DNA from: an uncultured Actinomycetota bacterium
GTDB lineage: Bacteria; Actinomycetota; Actinomycetes; Actinomycetales; Dermatophilaceae
Direction: 5' to 3'
Length of the DNA stretch: 64,000 bases
Assembly (NCBI GenBank): GCA_963706855.1
Contig: CAVPNU010000005.1
Span: 297,422-361,421, forward strand
This document shows positions 44,288 through 56,522 of the stretch, in pieces. A program made the translations under genes and the position numbers. Numbering within the stretch: position 1 is the stretch's first letter; every line of letters begins with the position of its first letter. The notes beneath the pieces were generated by a model. The model was given only the letters and a program-made list of their open reading frames with translations. It was not told the DNA's origin and made no database searches.

Positions 44288-45237
44288 CGGTCTGCTCCTG
44301 CCGGGGTCGGGTCGTCGGCGTCCTGGGACGTCAGCGAGATGAAGGCGTCCTCGAGGCCGCGCGAGGTGATCTCCAGGTCGCGGGCAGCGGTCGACGTCAG
44401 CAGGTGCCGCGCGACGGCGTCACTGTCCATGGAGGCGATCAGCACCGTGTCGCCTCGGAGCTCGACCGACTCCACGCCCGGAAGCGCCTGCAGCGCAACG
44501 GGATCCGCGTCAGCCAACGTCGCGCGAACCACCCGGCCTGACACCAGGGCCTTGACCTCGGCCGCGGTGCCGTCGGCGACGATCTCGCCTTGCCGCACCA
44601 GGACGATGCGGTCGGCGTAGGCGTCGGCCTCCTCCAGGTAGTGCGTCGCGAACACGACCGTGCGCCCCCGCTCGGCATCGGAGCGGATGGCGGCCCAGAA
44701 GTCGCGCCGCCCGGCGACGTCCATGCCGGTGGTGGGCTCGTCGAGGACGAGGAGCTCGGGGTCGGGCAGCAGCGCCATGGCGAACCGCAGCCGCTGCTGC
44801 TGGCCCCCCGAGCACTTGACCACCCGGCGCCCGGCGATGTCGCTGATCCCGGCGCGCTCCAGCACCTCGGCCACGGGGCGGGTGTCGGCGAACAGGCTCG
44901 CGGTCAGCCGCAGGGTCTCCTCGACGGTGAGGTCACGCAGCAGGCCACCGGTCTGCATCACCGCGGAGACCAGGCCGTGGCGCACCGCGGACTGCGGGTC
45001 CATCCCGTAGACCCGGGCCGTGCCACTGTCGGGGCGGGACAGCCCCAGCATCATGTCGATCGTCGTCGTCTTGCCGGCGCCGTTCGGCCCCAGGAAGGCG
45101 ACGATCTCCCCTGGGCGCACGGTCAGGTCGATCCCCCGGACGGCGTGAACGGCCCCGAAGCTCTTGGTCAGACCCGCGAGCTCGATCGCCGACACCGCGC
45201 CCGCCACACCAGGGCTGACGGTCTGCGTCTGTGTCAT
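44284..45237 (-). CDS. ABC transporter ATP-binding protein (partner of the ABC-2 permease)
   Basis: Walker A GPNGAGKTT, signature CSGGQQQRL and Walker B LVLDEPTTGMD. Start taken at MTQTQT. Confidence 0.85.
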   Translation of the reverse strand: MTQTQTVSPGVAGAVSAIELAGLTKSFGAVHAVRGIDLTVRPGEIVAFLGPNGAGKTTTIDMMLGLSRPDSGTARVYGMDPQSAVRHGLVSAVMQTGGLLRDLTVEETLRLTASLFADTRPVAEVLERAGISDIAGRRVVKCSGGQQQRLRFAMALLPDPELLVLDEPTTGMDVAGRRDFWAAIRSDAERGRTVVFATHYLEEADAYADRIVLVRQGEIVADGTAAEVKALVSGRVVRATLADADPVALQALPGVESVELRGDTVLIASMDSDAVARHLLTSTAARDLEITSRGLEDAFISLTSQDADDPTPAGADR

Positions 45238-45241
45238 GACC

Positions 45242-46534
45242 TCACAGTGCCACGCCGGCCCCACTCCGCGTGGGCACTGGCACGGTCACGACCCGCCGAG
45301 ATGGACCGCCAGTGGGACGACGGGCTCGTCGGGCGCGCGAGTCACGAGCCGGACCACCTCGTAGACCGGCGCCGGTCGCCGTGTTCCAGCCCAGGACCCA
45401 CCGCCCGTGCCGCCCCACTGCCGTGAACAGCACCGTGGTGGCGTCGGCCCAGCCGAGGACGGTGCAGCACGGGCTGACCCGTCCGGTGAGGCCGTCCGGC
45501 GACTCCGGAGCGAGCAGCACCCGGGCTGACCGGGCTTCTGCGTCGACGGCCACCAGCCCCTGGTAGATCGGGCCGTTCCCGCGCTGGATGACCGGATGCG
45601 TCAGGTTCTGGTCGAAGAACGCCACGGAGGCGGCGCGTTGGTCGGTGCTCACCGTCGCTCCCGAGATCTGGGTGACCGGGGCAGGGACGCGCTGCCCGGC
45701 TCGTCCGCCCGCGCCGTCCGCGCGAGCCAGCCGCAGACCGCCCGACCCGGTCGAGAGGCGGAACCGGCCGACCTCACGGCCAGGCGCCGGCAGCGCCTGC
45801 GGATGACTCGCGGTCGGGTCGAGGGTCCAGGCATGCGTCGTCGTCCCGGGCGACGATGAGGCCGTCCGCACCCCACCCCACCTCGCGGATCCGGTCTGGA
45901 GGGCACGGCATACGAGGTGGTGGCTCCCGACTGCGCGTCCAGGCGCACCACCCGGCCCGGCTGCGCGAAGAGCACGAACCGCCCATGGGCGTCGATGGCC
46001 TGGGGCCCGAGCACGGACGCGGGGTCCTCTGTCGGCGGCGATGACCAGGGTGAGGCGGTCGGCGAGCACGGGGCGTCCGCTGACAGGCACCAGGACCGGT
46101 TGGTAGCTCGTCGTGCCCGTCGACCGCAGGTACACGGCCGCGAGAGGCGTCCGCACGGCGGTTCGCGGTGACAGCGCAACAGTGGCGGCGTCGAGGTCGA
46201 TCGCGGGCGGGAGCCCCGCGGCGAAGTAGGTGAGCTCCGACTCCTTGCCCTCCAAAGGCAGCTGGGCGTATGCCGTGCCGTCCGCGAGCGTCTGCACGCC
46301 CAGCGACGTCGTGGTGCTGGGCCCCGGCGTGGGGACCGACCCGTGGCTGCCCCCGACCTGCACGGCCACGACAGCGAGGGCGGCGAGCGCTGCGGCGCTC
46401 GCCGCCCCGGTCCAGCCCCGGCGACGACTGCGCTGCCTGGCGAGCGCACTCTCCCAGGCTTCCTCGACGAAGTCCCGCTCGGAGAGATGCTCGCTCGCGT
46501 CCTCCAGCAGTGCGCCCAGCTCGGGCCGGCTCAT
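45242..46534 (-). CDS. putative anti-sigma-factor-like membrane protein downstream of the ECF sigma gene. Several frameshifts.
   Basis: Cytoplasmic N-terminus, one TM helix (AASAAALAALAVVAVQV), then an extracytoplasmic domain spread over three frames. Overlaps the sigma-factor stop. Confidence 0.4.
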   Translation of the reverse strand: MSRPELGALLEDASEHLSERDFVEEAWESALARQRSRRRGWTGAASAAALAALAVVAVQVGGSHGSVPTPGPSTTTSLGVQTLADGTAYAQLPLEGKESELTYFAAGLPPAIDLDAATVALSPRTAVRTPLAAVYLRSTGTTSYQPVLVPVSGRPVLADRLTLVIAADRGPRVRARAPGHRRPWAVRALRAAGPGGAPGRAVGSHHLVCRALQTGSARWGGVRTASSSPGTTTHAWTLDPTASHPQALPAPGREVGRFRLSTGSGGLRLARADGAGGRAGQRVPAPVTQISGATVSTDQRAASVAFFDQNLTHPVIQRGNGPIYQGLVAVDAEARSARVLLAPESPDGLTGRVSPCCTVLGWADATTVLFTAVGRHGRWVLGWNTATGAGLRGGPARDSRARRARRPTGGPSRRVVTVPVPTRSGAGVAL

Positions 46535-47025
46535 GAGACGTCACTCCTGGGCTCGTCGGATGCCCGCTCGGGCAGCACCCTGCGCAGGGCCTGGGTCGCC
46601 GCCCGGGCCTGAGCGCGCACGGTGCCGCTGGAGAGCCCCAGGATGTCCGCCGTCTCGGGCTCGCTGCGGTCGTCGAAGAAGCGCAGCACGAGGATCGCGC
46701 GTTGCCGCGGCGTCAGGGCGTCCAGCGCCAGCAGGAGGTCGGTGTGCGGCAGGCCCAACGTGGCGAGCTCACCGGCCACGACCGGTGCCTCGCGCTGCCG
46801 GCGGCGGCCGGCGGCGACGGCTTCGCGGTAGAGGCTGCGCCGCACCGCGAGCTCGGGGTCCTCACCTCTGACGCGCTCCCAGCGCCCGGCCAGCTCGGCC
46901 AGCGCTCGCCGCACCGCGTCCTCGGCGAGGGAGGTGTCCCCGCACACCAGCCAGGCGGCCCGGAGCAGACGGTGCTGCCGTGCGCGCACGAACTCGACGA
47001 ACTCCGCATCGACCTCGCGTCGCAT
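46531..47025 (-). CDS. ECF (sigma-70 family) RNA polymerase sigma factor
   Basis: 164 aa with region 2 and region 4 (ILVLRFFDDRSEPETADILGLSSGTVRAQ). Confidence 0.85.
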   Translation of the reverse strand: MRREVDAEFVEFVRARQHRLLRAAWLVCGDTSLAEDAVRRALAELAGRWERVRGEDPELAVRRSLYREAVAAGRRRQREAPVVAGELATLGLPHTDLLLALDALTPRQRAILVLRFFDDRSEPETADILGLSSGTVRAQARAATQALRRVLPERASDEPRSDVS

Positions 47026-47085
47026 CGCGCCTCCTGTGCGTCAACCCCTAGTAACGCACGAGCGACCCGGATCGGTTCACCTGCC

Positions 47086-48489
<1,404 letters not shown>

Positions 48490-48539
48490 GCGCAGAAGGC
48501 TACTGTGCGGCGGCATACCTCCGAGCGGGGCGGGGCCCC

Positions 48540-48861
48540 ATGGCCACCGGCGCCCGCGCCGTAACATGTCGGTCCGTGTCCACCCCGCGCGAACGCATCG
48601 AGCACGCCAGCCTGCCCGCCCTGACCTGGCTGAGCCGGCTCCCCCGGGCCATCCCCTTCCTCGCGGTGCTGGCCCTGATGGTCGCCGGCATCCTCGTGCC
48701 CGGCTGGGGCTGGGTCCTGCTGGCCCTCGTGCTGCTGTTCCTGGCTCTGGGTCGGCTACCTGTCCTGGCCGACGCTGGACCGGACCAACCGGATCATGCG
48801 CGGGACCATCGTGCTGTTCGTCGCGGCCGTGACCGTCACCCAGGCGTTCCCGCGCCACTGA
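48540..48861 (+). CDS. small hypothetical membrane protein. Frameshift near 48750.
   Basis: Two predicted TM helices. C-terminus [37 protein letters not shown] lies in the adjacent frame. Start uncertain (ATG 48540 or GTG 48576). Confidence 0.35.
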
Positions 48862-48882
48862 GCCGCCTCGCGACGTCGCTTT

Positions 48883-48919
48883 TGACAATCATTCTCATTT
48901 GCAGTGAGAATGATTGTCA
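48883..48919 (+). promoter_or_regulatory. two inverted Zur boxes (TGACAATCATTCTCA and TGAGAATGATTGTCA) forming a 37-bp AT-rich palindrome that overlaps the znuA start codon
   Basis: Each 15-mer matches the actinobacterial Zur consensus TGAnAATnATTnTCA in 13/15 positions. AT-rich island in a GC-rich region. The zur gene ends the operon. Confidence 0.65.
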
Positions 48920-49885
48920 TGACGATGCGCAGCACCCTCTCGCGGTGGACTGCCGCACGGGTCGCGCTCCCCCTGCTCTCCCTCGTCGCCGCCGTGGGCC
49001 TCACCGCCGCCTGCTCCACCGCGCCGGGCGCGGCAGCACCGGGCACGGTGAGCGTGGCCGCCGCCTTCTACCCGCTCCAGTTCGCCGTCGAGCAGGTCGG
49101 CGGGAGCCACGTGTCGGTGACCCCCGTGACCAAGCCGGGTGCCGAGCCGCACGACCTCGAGCTCACGCCGCGCGACGTGCTCGCCGTGCGCCAGGCCGAC
49201 CTGGTCGTCTACGAGCAGGGCTTCCAGCCCGCGATGGACGACGCCGTGAGCCAGGCCTCCAGCCACGCCTTCGACATCTCGACCGCCGCGCACCTCGACC
49301 TCGCGGCACCCGGCCGAGGGCGGGGCTCCCCAGAGCGCCGCACCCACCGGGGGTGCGGCGGGCGCCAGGGACCCCCACTTCTGGCTCGACCCCACCCGGT
49401 ACGCGAGCGTGGCCCAGGCCATCGGCGATCGCCTCGCCGCCGTCGACCCCGCCCACGCGGCCGACTACCGCGCCGGCGCCGCCCGGTTCGTGGCCCGGCT
49501 GACCCAGCTCGACCACGCCTACCGCACCGGGCTCGCGTCCTGCGCCCACAAGGAGATCGTCACCGGCCACTCCGCGTTCGGCTACCTCGCGCGCCGCTAC
49601 GGCCTCACCCAGGAGGGCATCGCGGGGGTCACGCCCGACGCCGAGCCCGACGCGTCCACCATGGACTCGATCGTGCAGCGCATCCGGGCCGACCACATCA
49701 CCACCGTCTACGCAGAGACGCTGGTGAGTCCGGCGCTGTCCGAGACGATCGCCCACGAGACCGGCGCGAAGGTGGCCGTCCTCGACCCCATCGAGGGAAT
49801 CACCTCGGCCTCCCGGGGCAAGGACTACTTTGAGGTCATGCGCTCCAACCTCGCGACCCTCCGGGCCGGACAGGAGTGCTCATGA
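48919..49885 (+). CDS. znuA: zinc ABC transporter substrate-binding lipoprotein. One frameshift near 49312.
   Basis: Lipoprotein signal (LTAAC), metal-binding SBP fold, flexible His/Gly/Ala-rich loop. A single C insertion (gcaCCCggcc) moves the remainder into the 49409 frame. Confidence 0.8.
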
Positions 49886-50700
49886 GCGACCAGCCGGTCA
49901 TCGACCTGAGGTCGGCCGCGTTCGGGTATGCCGACCGCGCCGTCATCGCGCAGGTCACCGTGCGCATCGAGCGCGGTGAGGTCGTGGCCCTGCTCGGGCC
50001 CAACGGCTCGGGCAAGACGACGCTCGTCAAAGGCCTGCTCGGCCTGAGCGACCATCTCGGCGGGCAGGTCCAGCTGTTCGGCGTCGACCTCGACCACTTC
50101 ACCGACAAGGCGCGGATCGGCTATGTGCCGCAACGGCATTCGCTGTCCGCCTCGGTGCGCGCCACCGTGCGCGAGGTCGTCGAGATCGGCCGGCTCCCGC
50201 ATCGTCAGTGGTGGGCCCCCTGGCGGCGCGGCGACTCGGCGATCGTCCAGGAGGCGCTCGAGCTCGTCGGCCTGGCCGACCGCGCCCACGAGGACGTCAG
50301 CACCCTCTCGGGCGGCCAGCAGCGTCGCGTGCTCATCGCCCGCGCCCTGGCCGCCCAGCCCGAGGTGCTCGTCATGGACGAGCCCACGGCCGGGGTCGAC
50401 GCCGCCAGCCAGGCCGTCCTCGCCCAGGTGCTCTCGCGGCTGGCCGCCCGCGGCACCACGATGCTCATCGTCACCCACGAGCTCGACGCCCTCACCGACA
50501 CGGTCTCGCGGGTGCTCTGCACCACCAGCGGCCGGATCGACTACGACGGCCCGCTGGGCGACTACCTCGGTGGCCACGCCCACCCTGCCGAGCCCCACGT
50601 CCACCACCACGCCGACGAGCTGACGTCCGCCGTCCCGGCCCTCCCGGCGGCGCCGACCGGACCACTCGACCGCGTCCGCACCGGGAGCCCCGATGACTGA
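49882..50700 (+). CDS. znuC: zinc ABC transporter ATP-binding protein
   Basis: Walker A GPNGSGKTT, signature LSGGQQRRV, Walker B LVMDEPTAGVD. ATGA overlap with znuA. His-rich C-terminal tail. Confidence 0.88.
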   Translation: MSDQPVIDLRSAAFGYADRAVIAQVTVRIERGEVVALLGPNGSGKTTLVKGLLGLSDHLGGQVQLFGVDLDHFTDKARIGYVPQRHSLSASVRATVREVVEIGRLPHRQWWAPWRRGDSAIVQEALELVGLADRAHEDVSTLSGGQQRRVLIARALAAQPEVLVMDEPTAGVDAASQAVLAQVLSRLAARGTTMLIVTHELDALTDTVSRVLCTTSGRIDYDGPLGDYLGGHAHPAEPHVHHHADELTSAVPALPAAPTGPLDRVRTGSPDD

Positions 50701-51694
50701 CCTGCTGGCACTGGACTTCATGCGCCAGGCACTGCTCGCCGCGCTCATGGTCGGCGTCGCCGCTCCGCTCGTCGGGGTGTTCCTCGTCCAGCGGCGGCTG
50801 TCCCTGATCGGTGACGGCATGGGCCATGTCGCCCTGGCCGGGGTGGCGGTCGGCGTCCTCACCGGCACCGCACCGGTCCTGACCGCCCTCGTCGCCGCGA
50901 TCGGCGCGGCGGTCGCCATCGAGGTGATCCGGGCGCGCGGGCGCACCAACGCCGACGTGGCCCTGGCCGTGATGTTCTACGGCGGCATCGCCGCCGGCGT
51001 CGTGCTCATCTCGCGCTCGAGCAGCAGCACGCCGGCCAACCTCACGGCATACCTGTTCGGGGCGATCCTCACCACGAGCACCGGCGACCTCTGGGTCTTC
51101 GCCACGCTGGCCGTCCTGGTCCTCGCGGTGACCTTCCTGCTGCGGCCCTGGCTGTTCGCGGTGGCCAACGACGAGGAGTACGCCCGCGCCACCGGCCTCC
51201 CGGTGACGGCGCTCAACGTGGCGCTCGCCGTCCTCACCGCCGTCACCGTGGTCGTCTCGATGCGGGTGGTCGGCCTGCTGCTCATCAGCGCCCTGATGAT
51301 CCTGCCGAACGCCACCGCGCAGCTGCTGGGGCGCAGCTTCGCGTCGTCCGTGCGGTGGGCCGTGGTCGTCGGCGTGGTGTGCAGCGTCGCCGGCGTGGTG
51401 GCGTCCTTCTACGCGGGCACGCCCTCGGGCGGCACCATCGTGCTGCTCGCGATCGCCGTCTTCGTCGCTGCCGCCGCCGCGGTGGCCATCCGCAGCCGGT
51501 ATGCCGCGCATCGGCACCGTCGCGCGGAGCGCCACGACCACGAGCACGGGACCGGCTGCGGACACCCCGTCGTCGCGCACGGCGACCACCTCGACTACGT
51601 CCACGACGGCCACCGGCACGCGGCCGCACCAGGGCCACTACGACGAGCACGACGCGGCTCGCCACGAGGCCGAGAAGGAGGCTGCCGCCGATGA
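50693..51694 (+). CDS. znuB: zinc ABC transporter permease with a His-rich C-terminal extension
   Basis: About 8 TM helices of the ABC-3 family. Tail AHRHRRAERHDHEHGTGCGHPVVAHGDHLDYVHDGHRH. Overlaps znuC and zur. Confidence 0.85.
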   Translation: MTDLLALDFMRQALLAALMVGVAAPLVGVFLVQRRLSLIGDGMGHVALAGVAVGVLTGTAPVLTALVAAIGAAVAIEVIRARGRTNADVALAVMFYGGIAAGVVLISRSSSSTPANLTAYLFGAILTTSTGDLWVFATLAVLVLAVTFLLRPWLFAVANDEEYARATGLPVTALNVALAVLTAVTVVVSMRVVGLLLISALMILPNATAQLLGRSFASSVRWAVVVGVVCSVAGVVASFYAGTPSGGTIVLLAIAVFVAAAAAVAIRSRYAAHRHRRAERHDHEHGTGCGHPVVAHGDHLDYVHDGHRHAAAPGPLRRARRGSPRGREGGCRR

Positions 51695-52143
51695 CCGGAC
51701 CCCGCACGCACGAGCGCGCCCAGACTTCCGCTTCGGAGGCGCCCGACTCGGGCCGGCGGCCGACCCGCCAGCGCGCCGCCGTCGCGGCGGTGCTGGCCGA
51801 GACCAGCGAGTTCTGCTCGGCCCAGGAGCTGCACGCCCGGCTGCGGACGATGGGCGACAAGGTCGGGCTGGCCACCGTCTACCGGAACCTGCAGGCCATG
51901 GCCGCGGACGGCGAGATCGACATGATCCGCACCGACGAGGGCGAGGCGGTCTACCGAGCCTGCTCGACCGGCCACCACCACCACCTCGTCTGCCGACGGT
52001 GCGGCACGACGGTCGAGGTCGAGGGGGCGGCGGTCGAGACCTGGGCGAGGACGGTCAGCGCCGACCACGGGTTCACCGAGGTCGACCACACCGTCGAGAT
52101 CGTCGGCCTCTGCGCCGACTGCCTAGCGCCCGCCCGGTCGTAA
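51691..52143 (+). CDS. zur: Fur-family zinc uptake regulator
   Basis: 150 aa with a winged-helix N-terminus, the HHHHLVCRRCG...CADC zinc sites, and a TAA stop. Cognate Zur boxes lie at the operon start. Confidence 0.85.
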   Translation: MTGPRTHERAQTSASEAPDSGRRPTRQRAAVAAVLAETSEFCSAQELHARLRTMGDKVGLATVYRNLQAMAADGEIDMIRTDEGEAVYRACSTGHHHHLVCRRCGTTVEVEGAAVETWARTVSADHGFTEVDHTVEIVGLCADCLAPARS

Positions 52144-52213
52144 CCTCTGCTAGCAGCAGTTCCTGACGCAGCAGGTGCAGCCTCTGCTGGCGGCCAAGTT
52201 CTGCTAGCAGAAG

Positions 52214-53005
52214 TTAGCGCGGGCCGGCGGTAGCGCGGTCGACGGCCCCGCCGTAGCGGCGGTCGCGCTCGGCATACGTCTGGATGGCCTGCCACAGGTG
52301 CCGCCGGTCGTAGTCGGGCCACAGCGTGTCCTGGAAGACCATCTCGGCGTACGCGCTCTGCCACAGCAGGAAGTTGCTGGTCCGCTGCTCCCCCGAGCTG
52401 CGGACGAACAGGTCGACGTCCGGCATGTCGGGCTCGGGCAGGTGTCGCGCGATCGTCTTCTCGTCGATCGACCCCGGCTTGAGCTTGCCGCGCTGGACCT
52501 GCTCGGCGATGCGTGCGACGGCGTCGGCGATCTCGGCGCGGCCGCCGTAGTTCACGCAGAAGTACAGCGTCAGCCCCGTGTTGTCGGCGGTGAGCTCCTG
52601 GGCCGTCTCGAGCTCCTTGATGACCGACCCCCACAGCCGCGGCCGGCGGCCGACCCACCGCATCCGCACGCCCCACTCGTGCAGCTGGTCGCGCCGCCGG
52701 CGGATCACGTCGCGGTTGAAGCCCATGAGGAATCGCACCTCGTCGGGGCTGCGCTTCCAGTTCTCCGTCGAGAACGCGTACGCCGACAGGTGCGTCACGC
52801 CGACCTCGATCGCCCCCGCGACGACGTCGAGCAGCGCCGCCTCGCCCGCCTCGTGGCCCTGCGTGCGAGGCAGGCCCCGCTGGTTGGCCCACCGGCCGTT
52901 GCCGTCCATGACGACCGCCACGTGGCGCGGGACCAGCTCGCGAGGGAGGGTCGGCGGGAGGGCGCCGCTCGGGTGGGGAAACGGCTTCGCGTATGCCGCG
53001 CTCAC
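52214..53005 (-). CDS. uppS: (Z)-isoprenyl / undecaprenyl diphosphate synthase
   Basis: GTG start. cis-prenyltransferase motifs [13 protein letters not shown] and [11 protein letters not shown]. Confidence 0.85.
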   Translation of the reverse strand: MSAAYAKPFPHPSGALPPTLPRELVPRHVAVVMDGNGRWANQRGLPRTQGHEAGEAALLDVVAGAIEVGVTHLSAYAFSTENWKRSPDEVRFLMGFNRDVIRRRRDQLHEWGVRMRWVGRRPRLWGSVIKELETAQELTADNTGLTLYFCVNYGGRAEIADAVARIAEQVQRGKLKPGSIDEKTIARHLPEPDMPDVDLFVRSSGEQRTSNFLLWQSAYAEMVFQDTLWPDYDRRHLWQAIQTYAERDRRYGGAVDRATAGPR

Positions 53006-53757
53006 GCGGGAGTCGCCGTGGCGTTGGGGTCTCGTCGGTCCACGAGACGCAACGATCGCACACCGCGTTCGAGATGCCACTGCAGGAACGCGCTGGCGAG
53101 CGTGCTGCCCTCGCGCCGGTGCCGCGTCTCGGAGGCATCGGCCACCACCCAGTCGCCGGCGAGCAGGGCGGCGAGCAGGGCCAGGGTCTGGGGCGCCGGC
53201 GCAGCGGAGCCGGGCGGCCGGCATACGGGGCACACGGTGCCGCCGGCGGCGAGGTTGAACGCGCGGTGCGGACCGACCGCGCCGCACCGGGCGCAGTCGT
53301 GGAAGCTCGGCGCCCAGCCCGCGATGGCGAGCGCCCGCAGGAGGTAGGCGTCGAGGACCAGCCCGGGGTCGTGGACGCCCTCGGCCATCGAGCGCAGCGC
53401 CCCCTGCAGCAGGAGGTACTGCTGCAGGTTGGGCTCGCGCTCCTCGGTCAGCCGGTCGGCCGTCTCGAGCATGGCGGCGGCGCTCGTGTACGTCGTGTAG
53501 TCGCGGGCCAGCACGTCACCCCAGGACGCGAGCGTCTCGGCCTGAGTGACGGTGTCGAGCGAGCGGCCCTCGTAGCACTGGAGGTCGACCATCATCGCCG
53601 GCTCCAGGCGCGCCCCGAACCGGCTCTTGGTGCGCCGGACCCCCTTGCCCACGACGCGCACCTTGCCGAGCCCCCGGGTGAGCAGCGTGACGATGCGGTC
53701 GGCCTCGCCCAGCTTCTGGGTGCGCAGGACGATGCCTTCGTCGCGATAGAGGGGCAT
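53002..53757 (-). CDS. recO: DNA repair protein RecO
   Basis: About 250 aa from [23 protein letters not shown] with a C-terminal Cys4 zinc finger (CARC...CPVC). Overlaps the uppS start by 4 nt. Confidence 0.85.
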   Translation of the reverse strand: MPLYRDEGIVLRTQKLGEADRIVTLLTRGLGKVRVVGKGVRRTKSRFGARLEPAMMVDLQCYEGRSLDTVTQAETLASWGDVLARDYTTYTSAAAMLETADRLTEEREPNLQQYLLLQGALRSMAEGVHDPGLVLDAYLLRALAIAGWAPSFHDCARCGAVGPHRAFNLAAGGTVCPVCRPPGSAAPAPQTLALLAALLAGDWVVADASETRHRREGSTLASAFLQWHLERGVRSLRLVDRRDPNATATPA

Positions 53758-53875
53758 GGGTCCATTGTCTCTCGACCCGGCGACATCCACGGGACGCCGC
53801 GACGGCCTGTCTCTAGAACATACTGTTCGAATCGTGCGTATGCTGATGCCATGAGTACGGCTGCACTGGTACGGC

Positions 53876-54494
53876 ATGGCAGGCCTCGCTCCTCGACGTC
53901 GCCGACGACATCGCCCTCCAGCCGCTCGGCAGCGGGCTCCAGCGGACGACCCTGTCGCGAGGCGCCTGGGTCGACTACCGGCCCGGCTGGCTCGCGGCGG
54001 CCGACCAGCTGTTCGACCTGCTCCACCACGACGTGCCGTGGCATGCCGAGCGCCGCGAGATGTACGAGCGGATGGTGGACGTCCCTCGCCTGCTGAAGTT
54101 CTACGACCAGGGCGAGCCGCTCCCCCACCCGGTGCTGGCCCAGGCCCGCGACACCCTGAGCGAGTGGTATGCCGCGGAGCTGGGCGAGCCCTTCGTCACT
54201 GCCGGGATGTGCCTCTATCGGGACGGGCGTGACTCGGTGGCCTGGCATGGCGACCGCATCGGCCGGGCCAAGGATCTCGACACCATGGTCGCGATCCTCT
54301 CGGTCGGCTCGGCGCGCTCGCTCATGCTGCGACCGCGCGGGGGCGGCGAGTCGATCGGCTTCTCCCTCGGCCACGGCGACCTGGTCGTCATGGGTGGCTC
54401 GTGCCAACGCACCTGGGACCACTGCATACCCAAGACCGCCAAGCCCGTCGGGCCGCGCATCTCGATCCAGTTCCGCCCCCGCGGCGTCCGCTGA
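53876..54494 (+). CDS. AlkB-like 2OG-Fe(II) oxygenase. Frameshift near the 5' end.
   Basis: C-terminal 153 aa ORF has the HxD...H triad context (WHGDRIG...HCIPKT). The N-terminal about 50 aa ([34 protein letters not shown]...) lie in another frame. Confidence 0.65.
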
Positions 54495-54540
54495 CCGAGG
54501 GCGTCAGCCGCGCCGGCCAGGCCGACCCAGCGGGCGCCGG

Positions 54541-56313
<1,773 letters not shown>

Positions 56314-56522
56314 TCAGCCCGGGCAACGCGACTCCGCGACGAGGGGCGGCTGATCGGTCAGGCCCCGCCGCGGCGGCGAAGGAGAAGGCGCAGAGAACGC
56401 ACGCGACGAGGGTATGCCGCGGCCGCGGCATACGTCCATGGAGCCCAGCATCCGGACGGGGTGACCACTTGCCGAGGCGCCACGGTCCGAGTACGACTGA
56501 GGTACCCGCGAGGAGGCAGCTC

